Assembly (NCBI GenBank): GCA_934778125.1
Contig: CAKVOF010000001.1
Coordinates: forward strand, 18,429-82,428
DNA: 64,000 nucleotides
From: an uncultured Clostridia bacterium
GTDB taxonomy: Bacteria > Bacillota > Clostridia > Christensenellales > UBA1242
Direction of reading: 5' to 3'
Both the position numbers and the translations under genes were made by a program. The notes under the pieces are model-generated. The model searched no databases. It was given only the letters and a program-made list of their open reading frames with translations, and was not told the origin of the DNA. This document shows, one piece after another, positions 1 through 15,000 of this stretch. Numbering within the stretch: the first letter of the stretch is position 1; every line of letters starts with the position of its first letter.

Positions 1-3000
1 TACCGCGCAATCTGAAACGATAACGCAATCAATAATACCTCTGTTTGTTCCTGCAACAATTGCAGTGCCATAGTCATTATTTGCGTAAACCTTAGAATTT
101 GTTACCTTAACCAACTCAATAGTTCCAAGATTTAATCCGCAAACAATTGCAGTGCCATAACTTGTTAATATTTTTCCATCGAATGTGTAAGAATTTCCGC
201 TAACCGTTAAATTATCAAACGTGATACCCGAAATTGTTCCTTCATTTTGTTGGAATAATGGCCCTGATAATTTCAAATTTTTAATCGTTACATTAAAGCC
301 TTTAAACTCATAACCTTTGCACAATTTAACAAGCGAGAACGCACCATATCTATTTGAAACTTTGCTAAAGTCTAGGTCGTTTAGAATATACACGTTTTTA
401 TTTAGTTCCGTTACTGAATAGTTTGGAACTTTTTTATCACCAGTTGCTTGACCAAGCACGTACCTTAAGAAATCTTTTTCGCTTCTAATTATGATGTTGT
501 TTGAACTTTCTTCAAACATATCATATTTGCTATCGTTTTCACCCGGTCCAGCATTGTTTGGTTTATCTTTAACTTTAAAATCGTTATTTGCTTCACTTAT
601 TAACCCTGAATCGCTATCAACTGTGTTTTGCTTGTATTCTTTTCCGGCAACACCACCACCCACTGCAACATTTGTGAAACTATGTTCATCATCGCTATTT
701 AAGTCTGAATTGATTCCAGTTGCGATCATAATTCCGTTATTTATATAATATGTGTTGTAGTTCTCATCGCTAGATGCTTTCTTCCAAACATTATATATAT
801 CTGAGCCTGGATTAATTTCATTATTTGATGAGTTAAAGCAAGCAATTTCGCCATCAATTATTTCATCTGAATAACTATTTCCATAAACGTTTATGAACCC
901 AGCCGTGTTTCCAGCAGTTGGAGTTTTGGCTTTCATTTCATATGCTCCAGATGCACTCTTTTCATATATATGAGTGTATTTAATAGCATCGGCATTGAAA
1001 TCTATAAAACTGCCTGAATGGAACGCATTCTCTAGTTTCGCTTTTGCATTCTCACCAGTTCTTTGATTATAAACTAATCCAGCCACTATAATTGAATCTG
1101 AAACCTCTCTATTTGGCGTGTATGATAATTTCTCAGTTGTGTAGAAATCTTTTCCATCAATTGTGATTTTATCGGCATATTCAACTTTGAAATCAGAACC
1201 GCCATACTTTTCGAAAGCAACTTTATAAATCTTTCCACTACCTTTAATAATTGTTAGAATTTTCTCCCCAATTCCGTTATCTTCAATCTTTGAACTTGCT
1301 ATATCTTTGAATATAACATAACCTGTTTTAATAACACCCGCACCTTCTATTTCTTCATTAAATGCATATGCACCTGTTATAACATTATTAATATCTTCTT
1401 CGCTATATACTTTTGCATAACAACTATCAGTTGTTATATATTCTGCTAGCTTATCTCCATTTTTATCAAAGGCCATATATGTTGACTCGCCAGTTGCTAA
1501 AGTTACTTGCAAAGAATTTGCGTTGTATTCTTTCAACACACCCACATATTCTTCGTTAGGGTTAGTTGATATATTCGCTTCGTTTGAAGTTGTTAGATTA
1601 TCGTAGTTTGCAAGAGAATATGAATCTTTAACAATTCCGTTATTTTCATTTGCGATTCCTGATATTTTCAAACTATTATTAACGTTATTGCCTTTAACTT
1701 CAATGTTTTCGGCTGTAATGTTTCCAGTAAATGAAACAACAGAACCACTTCTATATATCTGCCCGTTATTTTTTCCAACAAACGCAGATACGTTCTTTGA
1801 TGAGCCTTTTTGTAATTCAATTTCAGTTTTGCCATACGCCACAACATTAAATATCATTCCATTATTCACGCTTGCAATTGGTGAATAACCATCTCTAATT
1901 TTATTTTTGTTATCATAAACTTTAACTGAGAAACCAGATAGAATTCCAGTGCTGTGAATCGTTCCAATTAATGACTTATTAGAAGTTAAATATAACTCCG
2001 CATATTTTGCTTGCTTAGCAGTTTGCTTAACGCCAACAACCACATCATATAAATCCGAAATCGCATTATTAACTTCACTCTTACTTGAATCCATTGGTAT
2101 ATTTGCAATGATATATTTTTCATCACCAATATTACCTAAAGATTCACTTAGTTTTGATTTCAATGTAATGTAGTTATCAACCCTAAGTGGGTTAACTTTT
2201 GAACCTTCTTCGCTTGAAATTTCGTTTGCTGAAATTGGGCTTAATAGGCCAGTGATTCTAAGCAAGAAACTTTCAGTAAACACACCTAAACTATAATCCA
2301 CTTCAAACGAAACTGCAAATTCTGATTCGCCTTTTGATAAAATTTGAGAATAACCACCTGCATTCAAAACTCCTGATCTTTTAATTAATTCATAATCAAA
2401 ATCCGAATAGCCCACACCAACTGTTCCGTTATATGCTGGAGTATCTTTAATTGAATTGCGAAGTTCATCATATTGAACTGAGAACTCGTTAATATAATAA
2501 ACAATATTTGTGTTTGATGAATTTGATATATTTGAAATAGATGCAGTTTGAGCATTTAAAATGTTATCAACTAAAAGTTCGTTTTCATAGTTCAATTGAT
2601 ATGCATATAACCTTGAAATTGTGTAACCATAGCCTAAATTTACGCTATTTGCAATTCCACTTGCTAAAATAGGTGCGATTATATTTTTTGAGTCATCATA
2701 ATAGAAAATATTTCCATATGAAACAAATCCATATAAGTCACTCGCACTTGCATACCCAGCAATCCCACCAGCAACCGCTTTTGAATTTGAGTTTTCTGCG
2801 AGCTTAATATCTCCGGCGTTATACACATTTGCAACGTTGCCCATAGATATAAATCCGCAAACACCACCAACGTAAATTGTGCCTGTGCAATCATCACAAA
2901 CCTTAATTTCACCCAAATTATATGCATAAATCACTGATAATTTTTGACTAGCACTTCCAACAAATCCCGCTATTCCACCAACCATTGCTTCATTAATTGA

Positions 3001-6000
3001 GTTTATTTCAATATTAATATTTGATGAAACATTGTCGCTATATGAACTTATTGCTCCAAATAGCGATGAATTTCCTATCACTTCACCAGCCACGCCACCA
3101 ACTTTGCTAGTTGCATTTAATCCGTTAGTGTTTAACACTATTTTATGATTATTCAGCTCAACTAACCTATCACCATTTATTAGCATATCAATTTGAGTTG
3201 AATAAACACCACTATTATTAATAGAGCCACACGCGCCACCTAAAACGATGCTATATGAATATGTATTTTTATCTGAAATTGAATTTGGTTGCATCACGTT
3301 TGCAAACACATTCCCAACAAATATTGATTCATTTAAAGATGAATGAGTAAGCACGCCCACCAATCCAGCAAGATAAACATTGTGCTTTATTCCAGTGGTT
3401 TCGCTATCGCTTCCAGCCTTATAACTAACACTTGGGCTAAGGCTCAAAATTCTGCTATTGATTAATTCATCGGTGTCTTCAACTTTGAATTTTCCACCTA
3501 AACCAATAAAATTATTAAACCAAGTAACAACATTTGATTCCGTAACAAGCGTGCTGAAACGTTTTACCATTCTTCTAATTCCACCTAAAGCCATAGTGTT
3601 TTTAATAAGTGCATTTGATGCTATTAAAGCCTCGGTTAGAACTGAGTTCTTATTTATTAGAATTAAACTTGTGTGCGATGCATCGGCAACCACTCCACCA
3701 ATAATAATATCGTTATTCTCACCAGCTCTATTTTGGCTAAGAACGATATCAAACGAACCATTTTTATATTCATTTGCGTTTAATTCGCCTTTTCCACCAA
3801 CCATTGTTAACACATCAACCGTGTTCAACACGCAATTGCTTGTTTTTCCAATAAATCCGCCAATTGAACTTGCTTTCCCTGCATTAATTTTAATTGGTGA
3901 TAAAGTAATCACTTTGGTTGAATTTAATTTGCTTGCAACAGCATTTCCCATAACCAAACCAAAGTTTTTAGTAGCATATTTCTCACCCGTTTCGTTTGTT
4001 AATGTAGATAACTCAATATCAATTTGTTTGTTTTCATCATTTTCCACGCCACTTATAATAAAGTTGCAGTTTTCAAAAGTTGAATTAATAATTGAATGAG
4101 CAAACAATCCAAAACTTCCTTCACTACTTGCATTTGCATACGTGCTTCCGCTTGAAATTTCAAGCTCAAAATCAATATTCTCAAATGTTGCATTCATAAT
4201 TCTATTAAATAATGAGTAAAGGTTGTTTGCACTAGAATAATGAATTTTAACTCTTGGGTTATATCCGCCAACAGCACTTCCAATGATTGAACTTAAGTAT
4301 GTGCCTTGGAGTTTTGAATAGTTATAATTTTCATTAACATAAACATGATAAACTCCGCCTCCGCTTAGATTATCGGTTGCTAAGTTTTCTAGTTTGAAAT
4401 ATTTACTAACACCACTAACCGCTAACGCCTCGTTTAATTCTTCACTTGTTTTGATTATAACCACTGGGTTATATGGTTTGCTTGTAAATTTAACAATCGC
4501 AAATTCGTTTTCAGAAACATTTTTCCAAATTGAATTGGTTCTTGCATCAACTGAATCTAGCACCACAAACCTTGCGTCAATCACAATAGGAGAAATTGAT
4601 GTTATTCTATTTCCATTTGAATCATAGTTATAAATTTCTAGCGTTCTTCTAAATAGATTAATAGATGAATTTTCATCTTGAATTTTATGTGATGAGCCAT
4701 ATGGTTGATTATTCACATAGTTTCTAAAATAACCAGTAACACTTTGAAGATTTAGTTGAACAGTTCCACTTAGAAGTTTTTCAAAGTTTGCATCTCCAGT
4801 TACACTCGTTATATCAGTATTGTTATCTAAAATTGTTTTAGCACTGCCACTCAATTTTCTATATGCCAACGCATAATTTTCGCTATAACTCATTTCAATA
4901 TTTCCAGCCACATCATCTTCCATAGCAACTGTTAAGATATTATATGCCACACTTGCAGTGTTTTTAATTTTGGTTATATCTTTCACAAAGTTAACATTTT
5001 CAATGTAGCCATTTTTATTAAATAGGTTGCTATAATTCTCATATGAGTTGTTTGTGGTCATAGAACCAATAAGTGAGCCAGCATAGAACCTGATATTATC
5101 ATATGATGCAGTAAGATTTCCGTTGGAATTATAATAATATGTTTTATTTGCACCAATATCATTATAAGATGAAATATCATTAATCTCGCTAAATTTTTGG
5201 TTTCCAATTTCACTTAATCTTATAACAAAGTTTAAATTAGATTCGTTCAACTTATTTCCAGTTATGCTAAGAAGTTTATTTTTTAATTTGCTAACAATGT
5301 TATTATCCCATTTATTTAAAGCAATTGAGCCTTCAATATGAAGTTTGAAATCAATATTTCCTTCTTCACCAAATGGAATATTATAGAAACCAACAAGGCC
5401 ACCAACAACTTCTTTTGCAATAACCATCGATGTTGTTAATGATGAACCTATGAACGCATAGTTTTTAGCCAAGCCAACAAGCCCACCAGCCACAAACGCA
5501 TTTTCGTTCATAACTGGAACTTTACTCATTGAATCCACGACTATTCCGTTGTTGCTTCTTCCAACAACTCCACCAATAACTGCCACAACCCTACCTGCTT
5601 CATCTTTATCAATAAATATATTGCACTCAGGTGTTTTGCTTACAGCACCTTTATTCCAATCATTAATACTTTGGTCAAACTCATCTTGAGTTGTTATATC
5701 AATGTTATCACCATATGTGTTAACTTCTTCATAGGTGAAATAACATTTTTCAATAATTCCTAAGTTTTCACCAACCACGCCACCAGATGTGTTGTAACCT
5801 TTTAATAATTGATAGTAGTTTTCACCTTCTTGATTTGTTACTTCTGGTGAATAAACAATAAATCCCGAATTCTTAACTCTTGAATTTGCGCCAACGTAGC
5901 CAAACACACCGCCAACGGTATCGCTGATAAATTTAACGTTTCCGCTAACTTTTAAATTATTTATATAGTTATCTTCAGTCACATCGTTATCAATCAAAAT

Positions 6001-9000
6001 TTTAGATCTAAACGAATCAGTTGTGCTTTCTTCTTCACGATTAATTTCGCCAGCATTTTGAGCAATAATAACTCCAGCCACACCACCAACATATGAGATG
6101 TCTTTATTTTTACTATCATTTAGTTGGTTATAGTATGGTTTCTTATCGTTATCTAAATTAATTGATATTGAGCTTATGTTGTTTTTGTTTGTTTTGAATG
6201 TTTCATATACCCCATCAACTGTGGTTGAGTCAAGAGTTAATGCGGTATAATTACCATAGCTAGTTGAAATTTTAATGTTGCTAATGCTAATATCAACTAA
6301 TTTCACAGAAGGTTTATCGAAGTCATCTAACACAAGTCCAGCCACAGCACCCGCCATATTAACCGCATTAATTTGAATCTCGTTTCCAGATGCACTAGAA
6401 ATACTAACATTCACAATGCTACTATTATAAACTGAGCCCGCTAAGATGCCTGCTTTTTTCGCGTTGATTGAAGAATACTCTGAGCATTCAAAGTTAACGT
6501 TTTTAATCACAGCAACTTGAGTTTGAGATAATCCAAACTCTTTTGCTTGAACAATGCTATATCCAATTTGATTGAATAATCCATGATTTTCAAACGAACT
6601 TACTTCAATCTCGGTGCCAGAGCCTTGAGATAGATTTAAGTTGGTTATGTTTAATCCATTTCCATCAAAATTTCCTGCAAAACATAAATCTCTAACCCTA
6701 TATACCTTGTTGTTTGAGCCCACAATTGAATTTTGCAAAACATTTTTGTTATCAACAATTGAGAAATCCAAATTGTTTATTTGGCGAAGATATGCTGGTT
6801 TTGTGGTGATTTCCTTTGAATAGTTTGCACCAAATATCATCATATTATTTCCCGTTGCCACGCTCTTAACTGCACTTGAGCCTTCAAGCAAGTTTGCCAC
6901 AAAATATTCCGCTGAGTCTATTAGAATTGGATTTTCTTTTGAGCCAATTTGATTATTTAGATATTCATAATTGAATGAGTATTTAGAAACATCATTTAGG
7001 AATGTTTCAATATTGTCATCATTGATTTTTTGCCCTGCTTCTGATTCATCAACATTTCTAACACTAATAATCTTTCTATGAGAATAAGTGTTTAGATATT
7101 CTGTTGCAACTAGCACTGGTCTGCGTTTTCCTTTGTTTAAAACCCAGTTTGAGTCTAAAGATTCCTCATCGCAAAAACCGAAACTGCTAAAAGTTGCAAT
7201 TGATTTAAATGTATTTTCATTTTCTTCTTGAATTGTGCCATTTTCATTAAACACAAGTTTAATAGGTTCGGCATCGCTTTCGTTTTTATAACTTTCTAAA
7301 TCTTTAACTAAATAGTAAGAATTTTTAATAACTTGACTATCGCCCATTTCCCAAACGAACGCATAGTGAGCATAAGTTGAACCAATCTTTGTTTGAACAT
7401 CAATTGATGTTGTGTATGCATTATATATTTCACCTTGGTTATTAAATGCAAATCCAGCTGAGTTTTTCGCTGGCGCCATCATAGCAACCATACTATATGC
7501 ATTTTTAATTGTTCCATTATTTGAGAACACAAATCCCGATATGTCACCTGTTGAATATAGAATCTCATCAATTATTTCTGTGCCAGTTGCCATTGGTTCT
7601 TCAAACTTAGCTCTATATTGATTAATTGATGTTGGTTTGCCATCAATAGCAACTTTCAAAACACCTTCAATTGAGCAATCAAGAATATTTCCACTACTAA
7701 TGTTGTTTAAAACGAATCCTGCCGTTGAACTTCCATTGTTTGAACCTTCACGAGTATTTTTATTATATAGCCCAACTTCTTTTATATAACTTGAACTAAT
7801 AGTTCCACTATTTTCTAAAGCAAAGCCAGCAATATTTCTATGCCCAGCAATCACGAATGTGTTTGTTTGCATTGATGTTGTTGTATCTCCAGCACCTGTT
7901 TTAACTTGAACACCACCAATAATTTTATTCTTCCAGCTTTGAATATTTCCAATGTTTCCAATTGCCGAGTTTGTTATAACACCGTTGTTCACGCAAACTA
8001 ACCCACCGATTGATATTGAAGAGATATTTCCTTCATAATATTCACTTGTTAGAACTTGCAAGTATTTATTTTCTGAGTTATTTAAATTAACAACTTTAAT
8101 ATTTGTTAAAATTCCGTTATTTGTTCCAGCAAGCACACCAAATCGAACTGTGTTTTTGAACGCTAAGTTGATTGGGTGTTTTGAAATTTGAGACTGAATC
8201 TCACTTGTTACACTATCCGCAGTGTTAATGCTTTCAATCGTTTTTTCATAATTTGCCATAACAGTTTTTGAAACAAGCAAGTTTTGAATATTGATCGTTA
8301 GGTTTTTAACAATTGAGTTTGCACTTATTGTTGTGAACAACCCATAATCTCCAGTGTTTGTTTCGCTCACACCACTCATATTAAAGTTTTTAATAGTTAA
8401 GATATAACCATTGCCATCTAACGATTTGAAGTTTGCATCAAGTGGAACATAGTTTTCAAGTGTTATATCACTCATCATAATATAGTTGCCATCGGTCATT
8501 GCTTCAAACTCAGATTGAGTGTAGATAGGAGTTGGGTGATCATAGGTTGAATTATCTTTAACAATCAATGTGAAATCATATTCGATATGATAAAGTTTAA
8601 ATCTATATGATGTGATTCCACTTTCAAAATAAACATAATAATTATTTCCTAAAACGTCATTTAATCTATATCTTTCATCAATATCGTTTTTGCCATCACC
8701 ATTTTTATCAATAAACACAAACACGTTTCCATTTTCATCATAGAAATAGTCGATTGCAATTCTCATTTCAACTGAGCCATTTGTTAAACCAGTGATGCTG
8801 AAATATTCGATTAAATCATCTGAATTTATTTGCTTGTTTTTAGTTCTTCTTGAGAACTCAAAAAGTTTTGAGAATGATTCCTCTTTATAAACATCGGGAT
8901 TGGTAGATAAACGAACAAATTCACCCGCACCATTCTTAACGAAGAAGAAATTTGCATAACTTTCTATAGTTTTCCCAACGGTTTTGCTATATGGAATTGT

Positions 9001-12000
9001 TATTTTTTTATTTTCTTCATCAAGCTGATAAATTTCAATTCCTGAGAACAAGAATTCGGTTATCTTTTCGCTATTAAATTCGCTAACTTTATATCTATTG
9101 TCTTCTCTAAAATCATAAAGAGTGCCATTGAATGTGTTGTATACATATGTGTCTGGGGCGGTTTCTTCGCCTATCATAAATACTACTTTTTTAGAATCAA
9201 CTTTCACTTCAACAAAATCAAAGTTGTCTTTATTAGAAACTGTTAATTTAACAATATTTGCATCTGCTTCATCTATCGCATTATCTTTCATTGGCAACTT
9301 ATAATATGAATACTTGCTAGCACTGCCCGCATTAATCGTTTCTTTATCATACTTTGCAATCCTAACATAATCGCCATTTTCATCTGAAACATAACCGCCA
9401 CTTAATTTATTCCAATATAAATTTTGAATTTTGATTTCGCTATCCTCAGTTTGAATTTCAGCCAAGTAAACTATTGCCTCATTCACTAAAACATAATATG
9501 TGATAGAAACAACTTCTTCACCCTCTCTACGTTCTAACGCTTTAATGCTATCCCCATAATCGCTAAGTTTATATAGTGTTCCGCCAAGCATAAAGTGGAA
9601 ATTATACTCAGTATTTTTTAGGGAATCTTTTGTGGCCTCTTTATCAACAGTAATTATATCTTTAACCTTATATACTACCTGCACGCCATCAACTTCGTGC
9701 GTTGCATACTCTCCATCATTTATGTGTCTAACATTATCATCTCCACCAGCATATGCATAATTTCCTTGGTTAACGTATTTAAATCTATTGGTATCATTAA
9801 TTTTGATATATGAATTATCTGCAAGTAAATATAAATCAGCTCCATCAACTTTCCAATATTTCAAGACTTCATTAAGTTCATCATCTGTTACTTCATAAAT
9901 TGTTTTTGATTTTTCCGTTGCAATTATAAACTTAACTTGATATTTAATTTGTTCTAGTGTTTGGTATTCACCATTAAAGTTTATATATGTTGATGAATCC
10001 TTTGCATTTAGTGAATCATCTTTAACATATGATTGCTCAAATATTGAAGATTTTGCCTTATTTTTATTAACCTCTACTTGTAAGCCTGCATATGAACTAT
10101 TTAAAACTTCAAAGTTATTAACATCGCCAACTTTAGATGATCCAGCAAGCCCTATTGATAAAACTTCTGAATCAACAACTTGAGCACCCACTTCACTCAC
10201 ATCATCTAAAGTTATTCCGTTTAGTGTTCTCGTTGCTGTTGCAATAACCCTAACAGTTGCATTGCTTGCATATTGAGTTTCATTTAAACTCCATAAGTAG
10301 TTTGAATCCTTATCTTTTGCAATATCACTCAAAGTAACAAGCCAATATCTTTTATTTTTTCCGTTTTCATCTTTTTCAAATGTGTTTTTAAATTTATAGT
10401 CGGTTGGCATTAAAATTTTATTAGTGTACTTGCCAGTTACTGCATCTATATCGTATCTTACCTTAGTGTTGTCAGTTGTTTCAAGATTAATGCTTCCATT
10501 TCTAAATTCGAACTCATCTTCACTAACAATGACTATTTTTCTCTCGTTAATTGAGTTTTTAAAACTCAAATTGATTGATAGGTTAGTGAAGTTTTTTGCA
10601 CTCCAATAAATTTCTTTAATAGAGTTTTCTTCAATAACAACATCGTTTTCGTTGCCAATAGAAATAGCAACTTGTGGAAGAGGCTTAACTTCAAGAGAAA
10701 TTGAATCTGCTTTAAATATAACATTATCATTTTCATCAAGCGCGATGAAATCAAAGTTTATAAAAGCTTTTGCCCCACTTTCTTCATCTGTTGTTGGGCA
10801 ACCTTGCATTAAGAATAGTTTCACATAAAACAAGTCATCAAAAGTGCTATTGTTATCTAAGTAACTATTTGATGTTTTATCTAGAACTATTCCTTTTTGA
10901 GTTCTATCTGGAATTTCACTTGGCCCGCCAATGTCTTCATATTTATAGAAGATAGGGGCACTATCGGCCATTTTTGATTTATAAACCGCTCTTAATTGAG
11001 TGAAACGAACATAATTCCTATAAAGCGCTAAAGAGGATTCTGATAATCTTAATTGATAACTATACGCATTGTTTATTCCAGGAACAATCTTGAATTTTAA
11101 TAATCCGTTTGTTTCTGGTGCTAAATAGTCTGATTCTTTAGCGTTTGGTGAGAAATAGGTGTCGGCAGTTGATTTAAGTTCATTTGGGTAGAATGCCGAA
11201 ATAACGCTTGTGATGTTATCTGGTTTAAAAACTAAGAAATAGTCTTTAATTGTTTCATTCGTTTTAATTTGTCCATTTTCAATATCATCTGATTTTAGTT
11301 CTGAATTTTCAGTTGCAAAAACAAGTTTGAAATTCATTCCGCCTTGAGCAAAAATGTTGTCGTAGAATTGATTATTACTATTATATAAATCTTGGTTGAA
11401 TCCAACCTTGATTTTATATGTTAAAACAAACATTTGCTTAGAATCCACCACACCACTGAATTTAATTGAGCCTTCCAACAACTCAAAGGTTAAAATTGAT
11501 GAGTTATCTGTAGTTGTTGAATATATTGATGATAATGAATTAAAATCAATTTTATAATCTACTTCTTTGATGTATCTAATCGTTGATGTGTTTTGATATC
11601 TATAACCTAATAACCTTAAAGTTTCATTCGGTTTAACGTAGAATATTTCACTGCCTTTAGTTATTTCAAAATAACCCTCTTGATTCGTGTTTGACAAATA
11701 AACATTTGAAGTTTTAATCTCTGCCGTTAATGTAACACTTCCGTTGTTTGGGCTTATTCCCGCACTTGGGGTGTTATCCACAATTTTTAAATACTCTGGG
11801 CGAGAGCAAACCTCTAAGCAATATTCTTTTGTTAAATCATTAACAATTGCAAAGTGTTTTGTGGTGTCAACACTATTTAATTCATATTTATAAGAACTCT
11901 CAGCGCCAGTATCAGGGTCTGTTTGATTATAATTTTCATTCCAATATTTTTGAGTGATTGAATCTATTTCATTATCACCTATAACTGAATCCAAATAATA

Positions 12001-15000
12001 GAATGGAGTTACCTTGAATTTAAAGAATGATTTTTTATCTTGCCCCGCATTATCTCTAACTGCTTTCAAACTAAATGAACTTGCATTTCTTTCAACATTC
12101 TTAATAATAACAATATTATTTTTGAAACTATTCTCATCACTAACAGTGTTAAATGTGTGTTCTTCATTGCCAATTTTAACTGTTGCATTAACATTATCAC
12201 TAATGCTTTCTTTTGTTTGATAATTATAGCTTGAATCTAAGATTTCTAAAATCAATCCCATTTTTCCGTTGTTTTCAACGAATGATTGATATTGAACATT
12301 TTCTTTATTAACATAATTTGATTTATACGTGTTTTCAATGTTAGCAACGATATCTTTGCTTTCATCAATATATAATTTATCTTTATCACGAACAAGTTCA
12401 TCGCTTGATGTTAATTCTTTATTATTTTCTGATAATAATTTTAAACCGCTAATACCATCAACCACAATAACTTCCACAACCGCTTTAATTGTGTGGTCTA
12501 AGGCGCTAAAGATTGTTACTTCTGCAAATCCATAGCCTGTTGTTGAAACAATATTGCCACCATATCTAATGCTTTGCTTAACAACCCCTTCGTTTGAACT
12601 TCTAATTCCGATATTTTTGTTAACTTTAAGTTCTATGAAGTCCACACCATCAATTTCATTATTTCCAACAAATTTAATATTTGCTAATCTAACTACTTCA
12701 CTTGAAGATGCACGGAAAGAATTAGAAATGCCAAATTCATAATAATTACTAGTAACATTCCCATTCAATTGAGTGTTGTGGAACAACACCACTCTTTTTA
12801 TAACCTTATCGGCCTTCACATACGAACCTAAATCTATGTATTGTTTGTTGTAATAGTTAATTTTGTTATCTATAACAGTGTTAACCTTTAATGGAATAAT
12901 ATCAATCTCTATTCCACTTGGAACAATATCGTATAATGCTTCGTAATATACTGTTCTATTTTTGTCTTTTAAATATATTCCTTCGCTATGGTAAACCACC
13001 AATATAGGAAGTTTATCGTTAAGATTTTCATTTTGATACCAATTAAAACCTGGTATCTTCTCATTATTAACAACTTTAGTAAACGCTGGGTTATTAAATA
13101 AATCTTCTGAACTACCATTCGTTCCTGAATTAACAACAATAAATAAGCCACCATTAATATAAGCATAAGAAGTTTTAATATTGGTATAATCTTCTGTTGA
13201 ATCAAAATGTTTTATTGAACCATTAATCAAACTATTAGTTCTAACTTTTGCATATGCATTTGTGATAGTTGCAGTGCCATTATTTAATCCAATCAACCCC
13301 GCAACATTATTGCTATTAGCCTCAACGTTAATCGATCCATCAAAATATGACTTAATAATGCTTGCATTACCATTTAATTCACCTATCAAGCCACCAACAT
13401 CGGCACTCCATGTTGAATCTGGAGCATATAAATCACCATAATTATCACTGCCACCAACTTCATTAGTGTTAAAGCCCCTTGCGTATGATTGTTCGATTAT
13501 TAACTTTGCATCTGTTCCACTAACCTTTGCAGAACCAATAACACCGCCAAGCTTTGTGTATGCCACAAGACTTGCAGTTGATATGCCTTTATCTTCAGTG
13601 TTTGGGAAGTAAACCACCACATCTTTAATATAAACACCATTTTCACTAACTAGCCCAATCACGCCACCAACGTTGCTATACGAATACAAAGTTGGGAACA
13701 CTTGCACATCTGAAATGGTTAAATGACTTTCATTATACTCGCCTTTAATTTCACTCTTTCCTGCAACACCACCAACATTTGCTTTACTCAAGTTAACACT
13801 GCCAGATTCCACTGAACCCACTAAAATATATGTTTGCACTTTTAAGTCTTTTATGTTTGAATCTCCATCTGAACCTGCAAAGTCTATCAACCCAACAACA
13901 CCACCGATATTAATTTCGTTGTTTTCATTTTTAGTGTTGTTTTTTGTTAACTTAGCACTCATTTTAGAACTATATTGCGCAATTGTTAAATTTTCATTAA
14001 AACCGTAAATTTTTCCATTGGTAGTATCGTTTGTTAATTTACCAACCATTCCACCAATATTTAATTTGCTTATTATAGCTCCACTTGGTGAATCATCAAA
14101 TATAATATCCGTGTTTGCAACGCAATTTTCCATAACGCCCGCAAACTCACCACAAATTCCACCAATATTCAATTCAATAATTGTTTTATCTTCACTAACC
14201 ATTGTGTTGATAGTAAAGTTGGCATTCACAATTAAGTTTTTAATAGTTGCTAAGTTTGTTGTAATTTTTTTAAACAATCCAAAACTTGCATTTTTTGCAA
14301 GACTATCAAAAGGCATAACGCTAGCAGTATATGAAATAGTGTGATATTCTTCCTTTGTGTCACCATTGATTTTATATTCAAACAACCCATTTAAACTAAA
14401 ATTACCACCTTCATTATTTGTTATCTCTGGGAAATTAATATAATTTAATGTTCCATCAAGAGAAATATCGTTAGTTAAAATATAGTGATAGTATTTTCCT
14501 CTCTCCTTATTTCCATTTTCAACATCTTTAACAAAATAATTTTTATAATAACTCGCATTTGAAATTTCAAAAGGATTTTCACTTGATCCATCTGCCACTT
14601 TAATTCTAATTGTAACTTTTGTTGTTGCACTTTCAATTGAATTCTTCACAAAGCTATCTTCCGAAGCAATCGTTAAATATTCAGTTCCCGCTTTTGATTT
14701 AGGAATAATAACTAAGTCGTAATTACCCTCAACAATCCCACCAATAAGATCTTTCCAATTTCTAGAATTTTGCTTATCTTCCTTCGAAAGAGAACTTAAA
14801 ACTTTTTTAACTTCATAGCAATCATTAATATAGTTGCCAAGAACGATATTTTCATTGAAAACATTATTTGGTTTTATTATTTTTTCAACAACGATACTTG
14901 AATTGTTATATCTATTCTCACCAGCTTCAAAATAAAACCCTGAATCTTGAACATCTTTTAAAATTATCTTTTCAACCTTTTTTGCACTATTGATATTCAA

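Noticed and set aside
3458-4099. A 213-aa plus-strand ORF, along with other plus-strand ORFs of 60-134 aa between 491 and 18250.
   Set aside because: They are antisense shadow ORFs of the giant minus-strand gene. Their composition is low-complexity (Ser/Phe/Ile/Leu/Pro-rich). They have no RBS and overlap a far longer, motif-bearing frame.
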